Positions 28,844 to 40,540 of a stretch of DNA of 64,000 nt are shown piece by piece; the stretch's first letter is position 1; every line of letters starts with the position of its first letter. The notes beneath the pieces are model-generated. The model saw only the letters and a list, made by a program, of their open reading frames with translations, ran no database searches and was not told the origin of the DNA. The stretch is from positions 96,001 to 160,000 of the forward strand of contig CAWAAX010000009.1 in assembly GCA_963780225.1 (NCBI GenBank), read 5' to 3'. This DNA comes from an uncultured bacterium (GTDB lineage Bacteria > Edwardsbacteria > AC1 > EtOH8). The position numbers and the translations under genes are program-made.

Positions 28844-29383
28844 ATGTCAGCAACCAAACAAAAAATACTGCCCATCAGGGTTTATGGCGACCCGGTGCTG
28901 AGGCAAAAGACCGAGCCGGTGAAGAACATCGACGGCCGGCTGATCTCTTTGGCCGAGCAGATGATCGAATCACTGGCTTCGGCCCGGGGACTGGGTCTGG
29001 CTGCGCCCCAGGTGGGGCATTCGCTGGCCCTTTGCATCATCAATCTTCCGGCTTTGGATTCCAAACATACCGAGCCGCTGATACTGATCAACCCCAAACT
29101 GCAGGCCTCCGACGGCAAGATCGTCTACCAGGAGGGATGCCTTAGTTTCCCCGGGATGTACGCCGATGTGGCCCGGCCCCAGCACGTAACGGTCACCGGG
29201 CTGGACCGGGACGGTACCCCGCTGGAGATGGAGGCTTCCGATTTTCTGGCCCGGGTGTTTTTGCATGAGATGGACCATCTCAGCGGGGTGCTTTTCATAG
29301 ACCACCTCAGTCCCATCAAACGGCAATTATTGAAAAAGCAGCTCAAGGAACTAAGCGCAACGGCCGGGGACAAATCCAAATGA
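28844..29383 (+). CDS. def: Peptide deformylase
   Basis: GLAAPQVG, EGCLS, HEMDH; start re-picked at ATG 28844. Confidence 0.95.
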   Translation: MSATKQKILPIRVYGDPVLRQKTEPVKNIDGRLISLAEQMIESLASARGLGLAAPQVGHSLALCIINLPALDSKHTEPLILINPKLQASDGKIVYQEGCLSFPGMYADVARPQHVTVTGLDRDGTPLEMEASDFLARVFLHEMDHLSGVLFIDHLSPIKRQLLKKQLKELSATAGDKSK

Positions 29384-30492
29384 GAAACATTTTCCGCCAA
29401 GTCAAAGGGCATTTGATCAAACTGGACCAAGACGGAGCAGGTATTTCCGAAACCGTAGGCCAAGCCGTGGATGCTCTGAACCGGGGAGCGGTGATGGCCT
29501 TTCCCACCGATACGGTCTACGGCTTGGGATGCCGGGCCGATCTGCCCCAGGCGGTCAAAAAGGTCTACCGGCTTAAGGGACGGAACTTTTCCAAGCCGCT
29601 GATACTATTTGTTAAAGATCCAAAGGAACTTACCGGGATCGTCAGACAGGTTCCGGAATATGCCCAAAAACTTATCGGCGCTTATTGGCCGGGGCCGCTG
29701 ACCATGGTGTTCTCTGCTTCGGACCGGGTCAAAAAATGGGGATTGGACAAAAACGGCACCATCGGGGTCAGGTTGCCCAACCACAAGGCTCTGCAAGCCA
29801 TTCTGGAACAATTCGACTGTCCCCTGGCCACCACCAGCGCCAACGTCAGCGGGACTCAGGAATCCTGCAATGTCCAGCAAGTGATGGAGTCATTCAAAGA
29901 TCCGGTGGACCTGATCCTGGACGGAGGGATGCTGCCTCGCTGCCGGCCCTCCACGGTGCTGGACCTGTCCCGGGAGCATCCGGTGATACTGCGCCGGGGC
30001 GATATCGGCCGCAGGGAACTATCAGAACTTTTGCAGCTACCGGTAAAGCAGGATAAGGTTGAGGTGCTGTTCGTCTGCACCGGCAACACCTGCCGCAGTC
30101 CCATGGCTGAAGGATACCTCAAGTATATTCTTCCCAAACAATGGAGGGACAGGGTGACCGTCCGCTCCTGCGGCACCAGGGCCCTGCCGGGGATGCCGGC
30201 CACGGACAAGGGACAGGAGACTGCCAAGAAGTGCGGCTTCGATCTCTCCGGCCATCATTCCCGGACCCTGACCGACAGCCAGATGAAACAGGCCGACATC
30301 ATAATAGCTTTGGAGGAGGGGCACCGGCAGGACGCCAGAAAACTTTTCCCCAAAACCCAAGTGGACCTTCTCTCGGTGGACGGAGTACCCGATCCCATCG
30401 GCGGAACGCTGGATGATTACGCCAGGACACTGGAACTGATAAAGCGGGAAATGCCGGATGTGCTGGAGAAGATAAAAGAGATCCTGGCCTGA
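29380..30492 (+). CDS. tsaC: TsaC/Sua5 threonylcarbamoyl-AMP synthase fused to a low-molecular-weight protein phosphatase
   Basis: FPTDTVYGLG, KGR..KPL, TSANVSG; C-terminal FVCTGNTCRSPMAE and DPIGG. Confidence 0.88.
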   Translation: MRNIFRQVKGHLIKLDQDGAGISETVGQAVDALNRGAVMAFPTDTVYGLGCRADLPQAVKKVYRLKGRNFSKPLILFVKDPKELTGIVRQVPEYAQKLIGAYWPGPLTMVFSASDRVKKWGLDKNGTIGVRLPNHKALQAILEQFDCPLATTSANVSGTQESCNVQQVMESFKDPVDLILDGGMLPRCRPSTVLDLSREHPVILRRGDIGRRELSELLQLPVKQDKVEVLFVCTGNTCRSPMAEGYLKYILPKQWRDRVTVRSCGTRALPGMPATDKGQETAKKCGFDLSGHHSRTLTDSQMKQADIIIALEEGHRQDARKLFPKTQVDLLSVDGVPDPIGGTLDDYARTLELIKREMPDVLEKIKEILA

Positions 30493-30527
30493 AAAAATGT
30501 CCGGCTGCGGGCAGGCCAACAAAAAAC

Positions 30528-30556
30528 TTGAATAGATTTTTATTTTTTGATATACT
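30528..30556 (+). promoter_or_regulatory. Promoter upstream of tRNA-Val
   Basis: TTGAAT-17-TATACT. Confidence 0.5.
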
Positions 30557-30658
30557 TAAGGCGTTGTAATGGCTTGCCCACGAATTATGGGAAATAATAA
30601 AATATTTTCGTGAGTTTTAGTGGGCAAAATGATTAAGGTTCCTTTCATAAGTTTAGCA

Positions 30659-30735
30659 GGGCGGTTAGCTCAGTTGGTTAGAGCGCTGGTCTCACATACC
30701 AGAGGTCACAGGTTCGAATCCTGTACCGCCCACCA
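30659..30735 (+). tRNA. tRNA-Val(CAC)
   Basis: GGGCGGT/ACCGCCC acceptor stem, anticodon loop CTCACAT, GGTTCGAATCC, encoded CCA. Confidence 0.96.
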
Positions 30736-30949
30736 TAAGACTGGGAATAGATGATAGGGATTTGATGATTGGGATTTGGCCACAGTAGGTGATGAAATAT
30801 TATTTTTACCGGTATCAGAAATGATGCCGGTTTTTTGTTTGAAAAGATTTTCTCTCCAAAACCAAAGCTTTTTTGGCTGCGCAAAAATAAACAGCATTAA
30901 ACTCAATGCAATGCAATAGGATACAATACAAAAATAATAGAAAAAACCT

Positions 30950-30979
30950 TTGCAATTTTACCATATATTGTGGTATAAT
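30950..30979 (+). promoter_or_regulatory. recF promoter
   Basis: TTGCAA-18-TATAAT with TG extension. Confidence 0.55.
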
Positions 30980-31036
30980 TACCGATATAATACACCAAAT
31001 AGTGTTTTAACCTAAAAAATCCAAAACCGGGATTTT

Positions 31037-32137
31037 ATGTATCTTAAGTCTTTTAAGGGCAGTGGGTTCAGGAATTTACATACCTTTGCCGTGGAGTTTT
31101 CTGAAAACAAGAATTTATTCTACGGTTCCAACGGTTCGGGCAAAACCAATCTGTTGGAAGGCATATATTATTTGTGCATCGGCCGCTCGATGCGGGAATC
31201 GGCCGAGGATGAAAACCTGATACGCTTCTCGGACGATATGTTCCGGCTGGAAGGCCAGATGCAGACCCAGCGGGGCGAGATGATGGTGGAATCCGCCTTC
31301 AACAAAGTGGAAAAGCGCTGCAAGATCAACGGCGAAGTGCAGCTCAAGCTGTCAGAACTCATAGGCCGGCTGCCGGTGGTAAGCCTTTCTCCCGAGGACG
31401 ACGAACTGTGCAAGGACGGACCAGGTGTGCGGCGGCGCTTCATGGACCTGGCCATCTCCCAGCTTTCCCGCAATTACCTGGCCGACCTCCAGGAATACCG
31501 GCGGCTGCTGCACCAGCGCAACCGTCTGCTGTTCGACATCCGCGAGGGACGGGGCCAGGTGGCATCGCTGGAGGCCTGGAACCAGCAGCTGGTGGCCTGC
31601 GGTTCACGAATAATCAACAAGCGGATCCAGGTGATAGACGACCTTAAGGAAACAGCCGGCAGCCGGTATATGGGTATTGCCGGGGGAAAGGAACGTCTGG
31701 GCCTCAGGTACAAGCTTTCGTTCAAGAGCGAGCCGGACGAGCCGGTGGAACAGGCCTTTGCCAAGGCCCTGGCCGCCAACTACGAGTTCGAAAGACGCCG
31801 GGGCATCACCATGTTCGGCCCCCACCGCGACGACCTGGAGATCTCCATCGGCGGCAGCAGCATCCGCAGCTTCGGCTCGCAGGGGCAGCAGCGCACCGCC
31901 GCCATCAGCCTTAAGCTGGCCGAGGCCGAGATGCTGGCAGTGCAGCTCAAGGAAAAACCGATCCTGCTGCTGGACGAGATCTTTGCCGAGCTGGACCGGG
32001 AGCGGGGCGGGTTCCTGGTGGACCAGCTGGACCCGGGATACCAGGTGTTCATAGCCACCGCCAAGGACCAGGAGGTCTCAAAGCAGGAAGGATTTAAGAA
32101 ATTCAGGATAGAGGCCGGGCGGGTCATAGCGGAGTGA
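31037..32137 (+). CDS. recF: DNA replication/repair protein RecF
   Basis: FRNL, GSNGSGKTNLLE, RRRFMD, GPHRDDL, SQGQQR, LLDE. Confidence 0.95.
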   Translation: MYLKSFKGSGFRNLHTFAVEFSENKNLFYGSNGSGKTNLLEGIYYLCIGRSMRESAEDENLIRFSDDMFRLEGQMQTQRGEMMVESAFNKVEKRCKINGEVQLKLSELIGRLPVVSLSPEDDELCKDGPGVRRRFMDLAISQLSRNYLADLQEYRRLLHQRNRLLFDIREGRGQVASLEAWNQQLVACGSRIINKRIQVIDDLKETAGSRYMGIAGGKERLGLRYKLSFKSEPDEPVEQAFAKALAANYEFERRRGITMFGPHRDDLEISIGGSSIRSFGSQGQQRTAAISLKLAEAEMLAVQLKEKPILLLDEIFAELDRERGGFLVDQLDPGYQVFIATAKDQEVSKQEGFKKFRIEAGRVIAE

Positions 32138-32145
32138 GGACTTAA

Positions 32146-32245
32146 CACTATGGCCATACAATGGGATACAATGGACATACAATGGTGATACAATCGTGAT
32201 GCCATTGTTGGCCCATGGTTTAACAAGGTATAACCTATCATTGCT
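32146..32245. repeat. ~11-bp periodic tandem repeat
   Basis: CACTATGGCCA TACAATGGGA TACAATGGACA TACAATGGTGA TACAATCGTGA TGCCATTGTTG GCCCATGGTTT AACAAGGTATA. Confidence 0.75.
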
Positions 32246-32260
32246 TTTATTGCGGCACAA

Positions 32261-32719
32261 ATGAAACTAGCCACCCTGTGTTACCTCCGGCGCAACGGCC
32301 AGACCCTGATGATGCACCGCATCAAGCGGGTGGACGACATGCATTACGGCAAATGGAACGGACTGGGCGGGAAGTTCCACCCCGGTGAGACCCCGGAAGA
32401 ATGCGTGATCCGCGAGGTCAGGGAGGAAAGCGGATTCCTGATAAACAGCCCAGTACTCAAAGGATTTTTGACCTTTCCTTCTTTCGATGAGAACGACGAC
32501 TGGTATGTCTTCGTGTTTGTGGCCGATGACATTCAAGGTTCCCTCTCCGAGACCGAGGAGGGCCATCTGAGCTGGATTAAGGATTCAGAACTTACTCAAC
32601 TGGACCTGTGGGAGGGCGACCACATCTTCCTGCCCTGGCTGGACAAACCAGGAATGTTCTCGGCCAAGTTCATCTACCAGCAGGGCAAGCTGGCGGAGCA
32701 TTCGGTGAATTTCTATTGA
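32261..32719 (+). CDS. NUDIX hydrolase (8-oxo-dGTP diphosphatase-like)
   Basis: GGK...GETPEECVIREVREESG Nudix box; LWEGD. Confidence 0.88.
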   Translation: MKLATLCYLRRNGQTLMMHRIKRVDDMHYGKWNGLGGKFHPGETPEECVIREVREESGFLINSPVLKGFLTFPSFDENDDWYVFVFVADDIQGSLSETEEGHLSWIKDSELTQLDLWEGDHIFLPWLDKPGMFSAKFIYQQGKLAEHSVNFY

Positions 32720-32825
32720 AACAAAGCATCCCGCTACAGGTTACTTTACGATCAATGTCATAATGTCCGGGGAAAATTTCCTGCCCCCATATTTTCCTTA
32801 TAGTTAAAAAGGACGACGGTGCTAA

Positions 32826-33140
32826 ATGGCTCATCCAACCAAACCTGAATCGGTCGGCCCCATCCTGGACCGGCTTTTAAAGAACCTGGAGATCGACAAG
32901 AAGGTGGACGAGGGCCAGGCCCTGCTGATCTGGGCGGAGGCGGTGGGCCCCAAGATGGCGGCCAAGACCCTGGCGGAATCAGTTTACCGGGGCAGGATGA
33001 CGGTGCTGGCCCAGAACCCGGCCTGGGTCCAGGAATGCACTTTCATGAGGCTCCAGATCAAGGACAAGCTGAACAAGATACTGGGGCGGGAGATCATCAA
33101 GGAGATAGTCTTTAGAGTGGGGGATACTGGCAAAAAATAA
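32826..33140 (+). CDS. DUF721 / DciA family protein
   Basis: W.EAVG...PAWVQE pattern; lies between recF and gyrB. Confidence 0.8.
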   Translation: MAHPTKPESVGPILDRLLKNLEIDKKVDEGQALLIWAEAVGPKMAAKTLAESVYRGRMTVLAQNPAWVQECTFMRLQIKDKLNKILGREIIKEIVFRVGDTGKK

Positions 33141-33255
33141 TTAACCTGGGCTGTATCCGGTAGACAGTAATCACTATCCAGCAGTTGGGTTTTTGTCGTG
33201 GGTTGGACGTAAAATGATTTGAAATGGGGCCATTATCCATTTGCCCCGACGATTA

Positions 33256-33448
33256 GCCACGACCTTTCGCTTATGCTACATACTTGCCTTCCCTTGGAGG
33301 CCGTAGCTTCAGCGAAGGCCTCAGGTCGTGGAATAATTAAAATGGTCGGCAGTCTCACCACAAGGGAAGAATTAATCCGGTAATTTTGGCTAAAGCCAAT
33401 TATATTTCGATGCCCGCTTCTCTGCCACGACCTGAAGGTCGTGGCAAT
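33256..33448. repeat. REPIN-like element, first REP interrupted by a 55-bp insertion
   Basis: GCCACGACCT[33266-33320]TCAGGTCGTGG ... GCCACGACCTGAAGGTCGTGGC. Confidence 0.75.
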
Positions 33449-33481
33449 AAAAGCAGTTTTACAAATTCAAGAAACTTTTAA

Positions 33482-35404
<1,923 letters not shown>

Positions 35405-35521
35405 CATTGTTTAATGTTTAGCGTTTGCTGTTTACCGTTCGAACTGTAAACAGCGGACAGAAGATATTGTAAACTCTTGATATAAAATCATCAGTTTCTT
35501 CAGTTAACCACAAAGGATGTT

Positions 35522-36184
35522 ATGACAAAAATCATAAAACGATTTATACCAACAATAATTGCAGTAGTATGTTTGATTGGTATAGTGGCCACAGGTGTTG
35601 GAGTGGGATACTGTTATGCAGATGATTCTATCATAGAACAAAGCGGCCGTGCCTTGAAGTGCTTAGAAAAAAAAGAAGTGCAATGTCAAGTAGTTGATTT
35701 TATAAATTATATATCATATGAGGACGAAAAAGTAATTATTAAGGTTTCATACACGGATTTTATAAATGAATTAGATAAGTGGAATGATAGTAGGCAAGTT
35801 AAGAAAGTAATCAATAAATATTATAATAGAAATGGACAAAAACTTACTATAAGCTATTTATGTTTCCCAGATAGCATGATCACCCCAAATGGTATAAAAA
35901 CGTCAAATGGGCAAAATGATTCCTTATGGTTTGAAAGAAGAGATGGCAGGATAGTTAGGCGGAACGGTGGTATATATGATATTTCCGAATATATAATCGC
36001 AAAAATCATTAGTAGCGGGGGATCTGCGATATTCTATAAAAATGAAGGGAAATATTTAGACTCTATAACAATGGAAAAGGTTGAAGATACCAGGGAGTTT
36101 TTTGAGCCAGGGATTTTTTTAAATTATTATTTAAATAATGGAAAACTAATTTTTTCTGTCAGGATAGTAGAAATATACATATGA
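35522..36184 (+). CDS. AT-rich hypothetical exported protein
   Basis: 220-aa ORF, N-terminal hydrophobic segment, RBS-like AAGGA, composition unlike its neighbours. Confidence 0.7.
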   Translation: MTKIIKRFIPTIIAVVCLIGIVATGVGVGYCYADDSIIEQSGRALKCLEKKEVQCQVVDFINYISYEDEKVIIKVSYTDFINELDKWNDSRQVKKVINKYYNRNGQKLTISYLCFPDSMITPNGIKTSNGQNDSLWFERRDGRIVRRNGGIYDISEYIIAKIISSGGSAIFYKNEGKYLDSITMEKVEDTREFFEPGIFLNYYLNNGKLIFSVRIVEIYI

Positions 36185-36225
36185 TAACTGTTGTAAATTG
36201 CTCATTGTTAATCGTAAATTGAAAA

Positions 36226-36912
36226 ATGCGTCTTCACCCCTGCGCCAAGCCTTGGCAGATCAAGCTGGCCCAAAAGCTGGTTCCGGATTACACAGACCCG
36301 GGCTATGTCTACGATGATCTGCTCCATAAGTACGCCCCGTTGTCAAAAACCTGGATCGACGCCGGGTGCGGGGACAACAGCGACATCGAACAAATGCCGG
36401 AGTATCAAGGCCTGGCGGCGGGCTTCGACCTGGAGGACCGGAAACAGGAAAAATATCTCAGGGCCGATATTCACCATATACCATTGAAAAACAATTCCGT
36501 GGATCTCATCTCCAGCCGCTGGGTGGCCGAGCACCTGGAAACTCCCGAAAAAGCCCTGAAGGAATTGCACCGGGTGCTTAAGCCCGGCGGAAGGTTGCTG
36601 ATCCGGACCACCGGCAAGTGGCATTACATCTCCCTTTTCAGCCGGGTTGCGCCCATGCCGCTTAAAAGATTCTTGTCCCCGGCCCCGGTCTTTCCAACTT
36701 TCTTCAGGCTGAATGACCATGCGGCCATTCAAGGATATTTTTCTGACGCTTTGGGCTGGCGGATCGAAAGGGCCCATTATATAGAGAATCTGCAGTATGG
36801 CAACCCGGCCGGGTTCGTATTCTCGATCTTGTATCACATCGCGGCGACCAGTTTGAAACTGGACCGCCTTAAGACCACCATCATACTGGAAACGACCAAG
36901 ATTCAACCTTAA
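36226..36912 (+). CDS. Class I SAM-dependent methyltransferase
   Basis: IDAGCG, SVDLI, EHL, RVLKPGG. Confidence 0.88.
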   Translation: MRLHPCAKPWQIKLAQKLVPDYTDPGYVYDDLLHKYAPLSKTWIDAGCGDNSDIEQMPEYQGLAAGFDLEDRKQEKYLRADIHHIPLKNNSVDLISSRWVAEHLETPEKALKELHRVLKPGGRLLIRTTGKWHYISLFSRVAPMPLKRFLSPAPVFPTFFRLNDHAAIQGYFSDALGWRIERAHYIENLQYGNPAGFVFSILYHIAATSLKLDRLKTTIILETTKIQP

Positions 36913-37003
36913 TTTAACGGTGAGACAATGGCTGTTTATTACGGGGTGAAAAAGGTCCTGGAAAAGGGCCAGCGGATCGGGGACCTGGAAAAAGAGGCTT
37001 CTA

Positions 37004-37070
37004 TAAAGTAAGGGCGGTTCGTGAACCGCCCCAACATAAAGTAAGGGCAGGTTTTAAACCTGCCCCAACA
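37004..37070. repeat. Two tandem GTA(A/G)-type REP hairpins
   Basis: GTAAGGGCGGTTCGTGAACCGCCCCAAC and GTAAGGGCAGGTTTTAAACCTGCCCCAAC. Confidence 0.75.
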
Positions 37071-37081
37071 ATGGGGGATAA

Positions 37082-39547
37082 ATGGCTTTAGAAAGAAACA
37101 GGGTCCTGACCAGGGAAATTGAAGAGGAGATGCGTTCCTCGTACCTGGACTATTCCATGTCGGTGATCGTGGGACGGGCTTTGCCGGACGTCCGGGACGG
37201 GCTGAAACCGGTGCACCGCCGCATCCTTTATTCCATGAGCGAACTGGGGCTGGCCCACAACAAGGCCTTCAAGAAGAGCGCCCGCATCGTGGGCGAGGTG
37301 ATGGGCAAGTACCATCCCCACGGCGATACGGCCATCTACGATTCCATGGTCCGGATGGCCCAGGATTTCTCGCTGCGCTACATGCTGGTGGACGGCCAGG
37401 GCAACTTTGGCTCGGTGGACGGCGATCCGCCGGCCGCCATGCGCTACACCGAGGCCCGGCTGACCAAGATCTCGGACGAGGTGCTCAATGACATCGACAA
37501 GGAGACCGTGACCTACGTGGAAAACTACGACGGTTCGCTAAAGGAGCCGTCGGTGCTGCCCTCGCTGCTGCCGGCCCTGCTGGTCAACGGGTCGTCGGGC
37601 ATCGCGGTGGGCATGGCCACCAACATCCCGCCCCACAACCTGGGCGAGATCTGCGACGCCATCTCCCTGCTGATCGAGGACCCGGAGCTGGCCCCGGAGA
37701 AACTGCTGAAGACCGTCAAGGGGCCTGATTTTCCCACCGGCGGCATGATCATGGGCGTCTCCGGCATCCGGGACGCCTACCTGACCGGCCGGGGCAAGAT
37801 CATGATCCGGGGCCGGGCCAACGTGGAGACCGCCAAGAACGGCAAGGAATCCATCATCATCTCCGAGCTGCCCTACGAGGTCAACAAGGCCAGCATGATC
37901 GAGAAGATCGCCGAGCTGGTCAAGGACAAGAAGGTGGACGGCATCGCCGACCTGCGCGACGAGTCGGACCGCGACGGGATGCGGGTGGTGATAGGCCTGA
38001 AGCGGGACGCCGACCCCCGGCTGACCATCAACCAGCTTTACCAGCACACCCAGTTCCAGACCAGTTTTGGGGTGATCATGCTGGCCCTGGTAGACGGGGT
38101 GCCCAAGGTGATCACCCTCAAGGAGGCCCTTACCAAGTTCATAGAATTCCGGGTGGAGGTGGTGACCCGGCGCACCAAATACGAACTGGCCCAGGCCGAG
38201 AAACGGGCCCATATCCTGGAAGGCCTGAAGATAGCCATCGACAACATAGACGAAGTGGTCCGGATTATCAAGAAGTCGCCCAATGTGGACGAGGCCCGGT
38301 CTTCGCTGATGAAAAAGTTCAAGCTCTCCGAGATCCAGGCCCAGGCCATTCTGGACATGACCCTCAAGCGCCTGACCTCACTGGAGACCAAGAAGATCGA
38401 CGAGGAATACGAGGAACTGCTGAAGCTGATCACCAAGCTCAAGGGCATTTTGGACAGCAAGCGGCGCCTGATGGGGGTGATCCGTGAGGAAATCACCGAG
38501 CTCAAGAAGAAGTATGCCGATCCCCGCCGCACCGAGATCCTGGCCGCTACCGAGGAAAAGTTCTCGGTGGAGGATCTGATCGCCGAGGAGGACATGGTGA
38601 TCACCATCTCCCACGCCGGGTACATCAAGCGACTGTCGGTGAGCTCCTACAAGCGCCAGGGCCGGGGGGGCAAGGGGGTCACCGGGATGACCACCCGGGA
38701 TGAGGACTTTGTGGAGGGGATGTTCATCGCCTCCACCCACCACTACATCCTGTTCTTCACCGACAAGGGCCGCTGTTACTGGCTTAAGGTCTACGAAGTG
38801 CCGGAGGGCGGCCGGGCGGCCAAGGGCCGGCAGATATCCAACCTGCTGGAGATGAAGCCCGACGAAAAGATAGCGGCCTACATTGCGGTCAAGGAATTCG
38901 ACGAGCAGCATTTTGTGGTGATGGCTACCAGGGAGGGGACCATCAAGAAGACCGCCCTGTCCGAATTCGCCAATCCCCGCAAGGCCGGGATCATCGCAGC
39001 CACGGTGGACGGCAAGGATTTATTGATAGAGGCCAAGATGACCGATGGCAGTGAGGACGTCATCCTGGTGACCAACCAGGGACAGGCCTGCCGCTTCCAC
39101 GAGAGCGATGTCCGGGCCATGGGCAGGAATGCGGCCGGGGTCCGGGGCATCACCCTGGACAAGAAGGATTTCGTGGTGGGGATGGTGGCGGTCAAGCGCG
39201 AGGGTTCGCTGCTCACGGTCTGCCTGAAGGGTTTTGGCAAGCGGAGCGAGATCGAGGAATACCGGGTCACCCGCCGGGGCGGCAAGGGCGTGATCACCAT
39301 GAAGATCACCGACAAGACCGGCCCGGTGGTGGCGGTCAAGGAAGTGGTGGACACCGACGAGCTGATGATCATCTCGGCCGGGGGCCAGGTGATACGGCTG
39401 GCATTGAAGAACGTCAGGGTGATGGGCCGGGCCACCCAGGGGGTCCGCCTGATAAACCTGGATGACAAGGACCAGGTGGTTGACGTGGCCAGGCTGGCGG
39501 CCTCGGAAGAAGAGGAGAACGGGGAAGCCAACGGGGAGACTGAATAA
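37082..39547 (+). CDS. gyrA: DNA gyrase subunit A
   Basis: [22 protein letters not shown], GyrA-box QGRGGKG. Confidence 0.98.
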   Translation: MALERNRVLTREIEEEMRSSYLDYSMSVIVGRALPDVRDGLKPVHRRILYSMSELGLAHNKAFKKSARIVGEVMGKYHPHGDTAIYDSMVRMAQDFSLRYMLVDGQGNFGSVDGDPPAAMRYTEARLTKISDEVLNDIDKETVTYVENYDGSLKEPSVLPSLLPALLVNGSSGIAVGMATNIPPHNLGEICDAISLLIEDPELAPEKLLKTVKGPDFPTGGMIMGVSGIRDAYLTGRGKIMIRGRANVETAKNGKESIIISELPYEVNKASMIEKIAELVKDKKVDGIADLRDESDRDGMRVVIGLKRDADPRLTINQLYQHTQFQTSFGVIMLALVDGVPKVITLKEALTKFIEFRVEVVTRRTKYELAQAEKRAHILEGLKIAIDNIDEVVRIIKKSPNVDEARSSLMKKFKLSEIQAQAILDMTLKRLTSLETKKIDEEYEELLKLITKLKGILDSKRRLMGVIREEITELKKKYADPRRTEILAATEEKFSVEDLIAEEDMVITISHAGYIKRLSVSSYKRQGRGGKGVTGMTTRDEDFVEGMFIASTHHYILFFTDKGRCYWLKVYEVPEGGRAAKGRQISNLLEMKPDEKIAAYIAVKEFDEQHFVVMATREGTIKKTALSEFANPRKAGIIAATVDGKDLLIEAKMTDGSEDVILVTNQGQACRFHESDVRAMGRNAAGVRGITLDKKDFVVGMVAVKREGSLLTVCLKGFGKRSEIEEYRVTRRGGKGVITMKITDKTGPVVAVKEVVDTDELMIISAGGQVIRLALKNVRVMGRATQGVRLINLDDKDQVVDVARLAASEEEENGEANGETE

Positions 39548-39561
39548 TAATAATGTCCAAA

Positions 39562-39602
39562 GACAGCCCAGAGCTGAATAATCAGCCTGGGCTGTCCTTT
39601 TA
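39562..39602 (+). terminator. Intrinsic terminator after gyrA
   Basis: GACAGCCCAG...CTGGGCTGTC-CTTTT. Confidence 0.7.
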
Positions 39603-39650
39603 TCAAAAATCCCTTTAGGATCATCGAATAATTTAAAGGCATTGTAAACA

Positions 39651-39986
39651 ATGAACGACTGGTTTAAGGAATTTGACGGTGCCGTCACGGTCTGCGACCC
39701 TCAGGGCATTGTGCTGTATATGAATGACAAGGCGGTTAAGATATTCGCCAAAGACGGCGGAGCCGGCTTGATCGGCCAAAGCCTGGTGGACTGCCACCCC
39801 GAGCCGGCCCGGACCAAGCTGCTGGGCCTTTTGAAGACCCAGGGCAAGAATGTTTACACCATTGAGAAGCAGGGGGTGAAGAAACTCATCTATCAGGGCC
39901 CCTGGTTCCAGGACGGAAAATACGGAGGATTAGTGGAACTGTCCCTGGAGATACCAATGGCAATGTCGCATCATGTAAGGAAATGA
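39651..39986 (+). CDS. Small PAS-domain protein
   Basis: AVTVCD..GIVLYMN...LIGQSLVDCHP. Confidence 0.8.
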   Translation: MNDWFKEFDGAVTVCDPQGIVLYMNDKAVKIFAKDGGAGLIGQSLVDCHPEPARTKLLGLLKTQGKNVYTIEKQGVKKLIYQGPWFQDGKYGGLVELSLEIPMAMSHHVRK

Positions 39987-40071
39987 TTTAATTTATCACT
40001 TGATTTTACGGTCATTTGGTAATATAGTTACCCTAACCAACCCAAAATCTCAATACGGAGGATAAACCATC

Positions 40072-40431
40072 ATGGAAAATATCGGCAGTAACGGTTTGAT
40101 GGCTGCCTTCAGCGGTATCTACCTGGTATTCATGATCGCGGCTTGGATATTCAGCGGTTTCGTGATGATGGCCCTCGCCCAAAAGACCAATACACCCAAT
40201 GGCTGGCTGGGATTTGTGCCCATCGCCAATATCTTTTTGATGGTCAATATCGCCAAACTGCCATGGTGGTGGTTTTTGCTTCTGTTCGTGCCTTTTATAG
40301 ACATCTTCGTAGGCATCTATATCTGGTGGAAGATCGCCGAGAACCTCGGCAAACCGGGGTGGTGGAGCCTGCTATTGCTGATCCCCGTGGTAAATATCGT
40401 GATACTCTGCATAATGGCCTGGGGCAAATGA
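40072..40431 (+). CDS. Small membrane protein (DUF5684-like)
   Basis: Repeated W...P..N TM units; GKPGWW. Confidence 0.7.
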   Translation: MENIGSNGLMAAFSGIYLVFMIAAWIFSGFVMMALAQKTNTPNGWLGFVPIANIFLMVNIAKLPWWWFLLLFVPFIDIFVGIYIWWKIAENLGKPGWWSLLLLIPVVNIVILCIMAWGK

Positions 40432-40460
40432 ACGAAGCGTCAAAATTCTGAAAAATGAAG

Positions 40461-40500
40461 GTCCGTTTTCGCTGCCTGACCGGAGCGGAAACGGATTTTT
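40461..40500 (+). terminator. Intrinsic terminator
   Basis: TCCGTTTTCGCT...AGCGGAAACGGA-TTTTT. Confidence 0.7.
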
Positions 40501-40505
40501 GTTCA

Positions 40506-40534
40506 TTGACATTGATCGGGCTAAAAAGTATAAT
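40506..40534 (+). promoter_or_regulatory. Consensus sigma70 promoter, leaderless
   Basis: TTGACA-17-TATAAT, 6 nt before ATG 40541, no SD. Confidence 0.75.
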
Positions 40535-40540
40535 CAGATC

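Noticed and set aside
32146..32245. Possible CRISPR array
   Set aside because: Units are about 11 bp and contiguous, with no unique spacers and no cas genes.
36182..36215. Integron attC after the AT-rich ORFan
   Set aside because: Too short, core sites poorly complementary, and no intI in the window.
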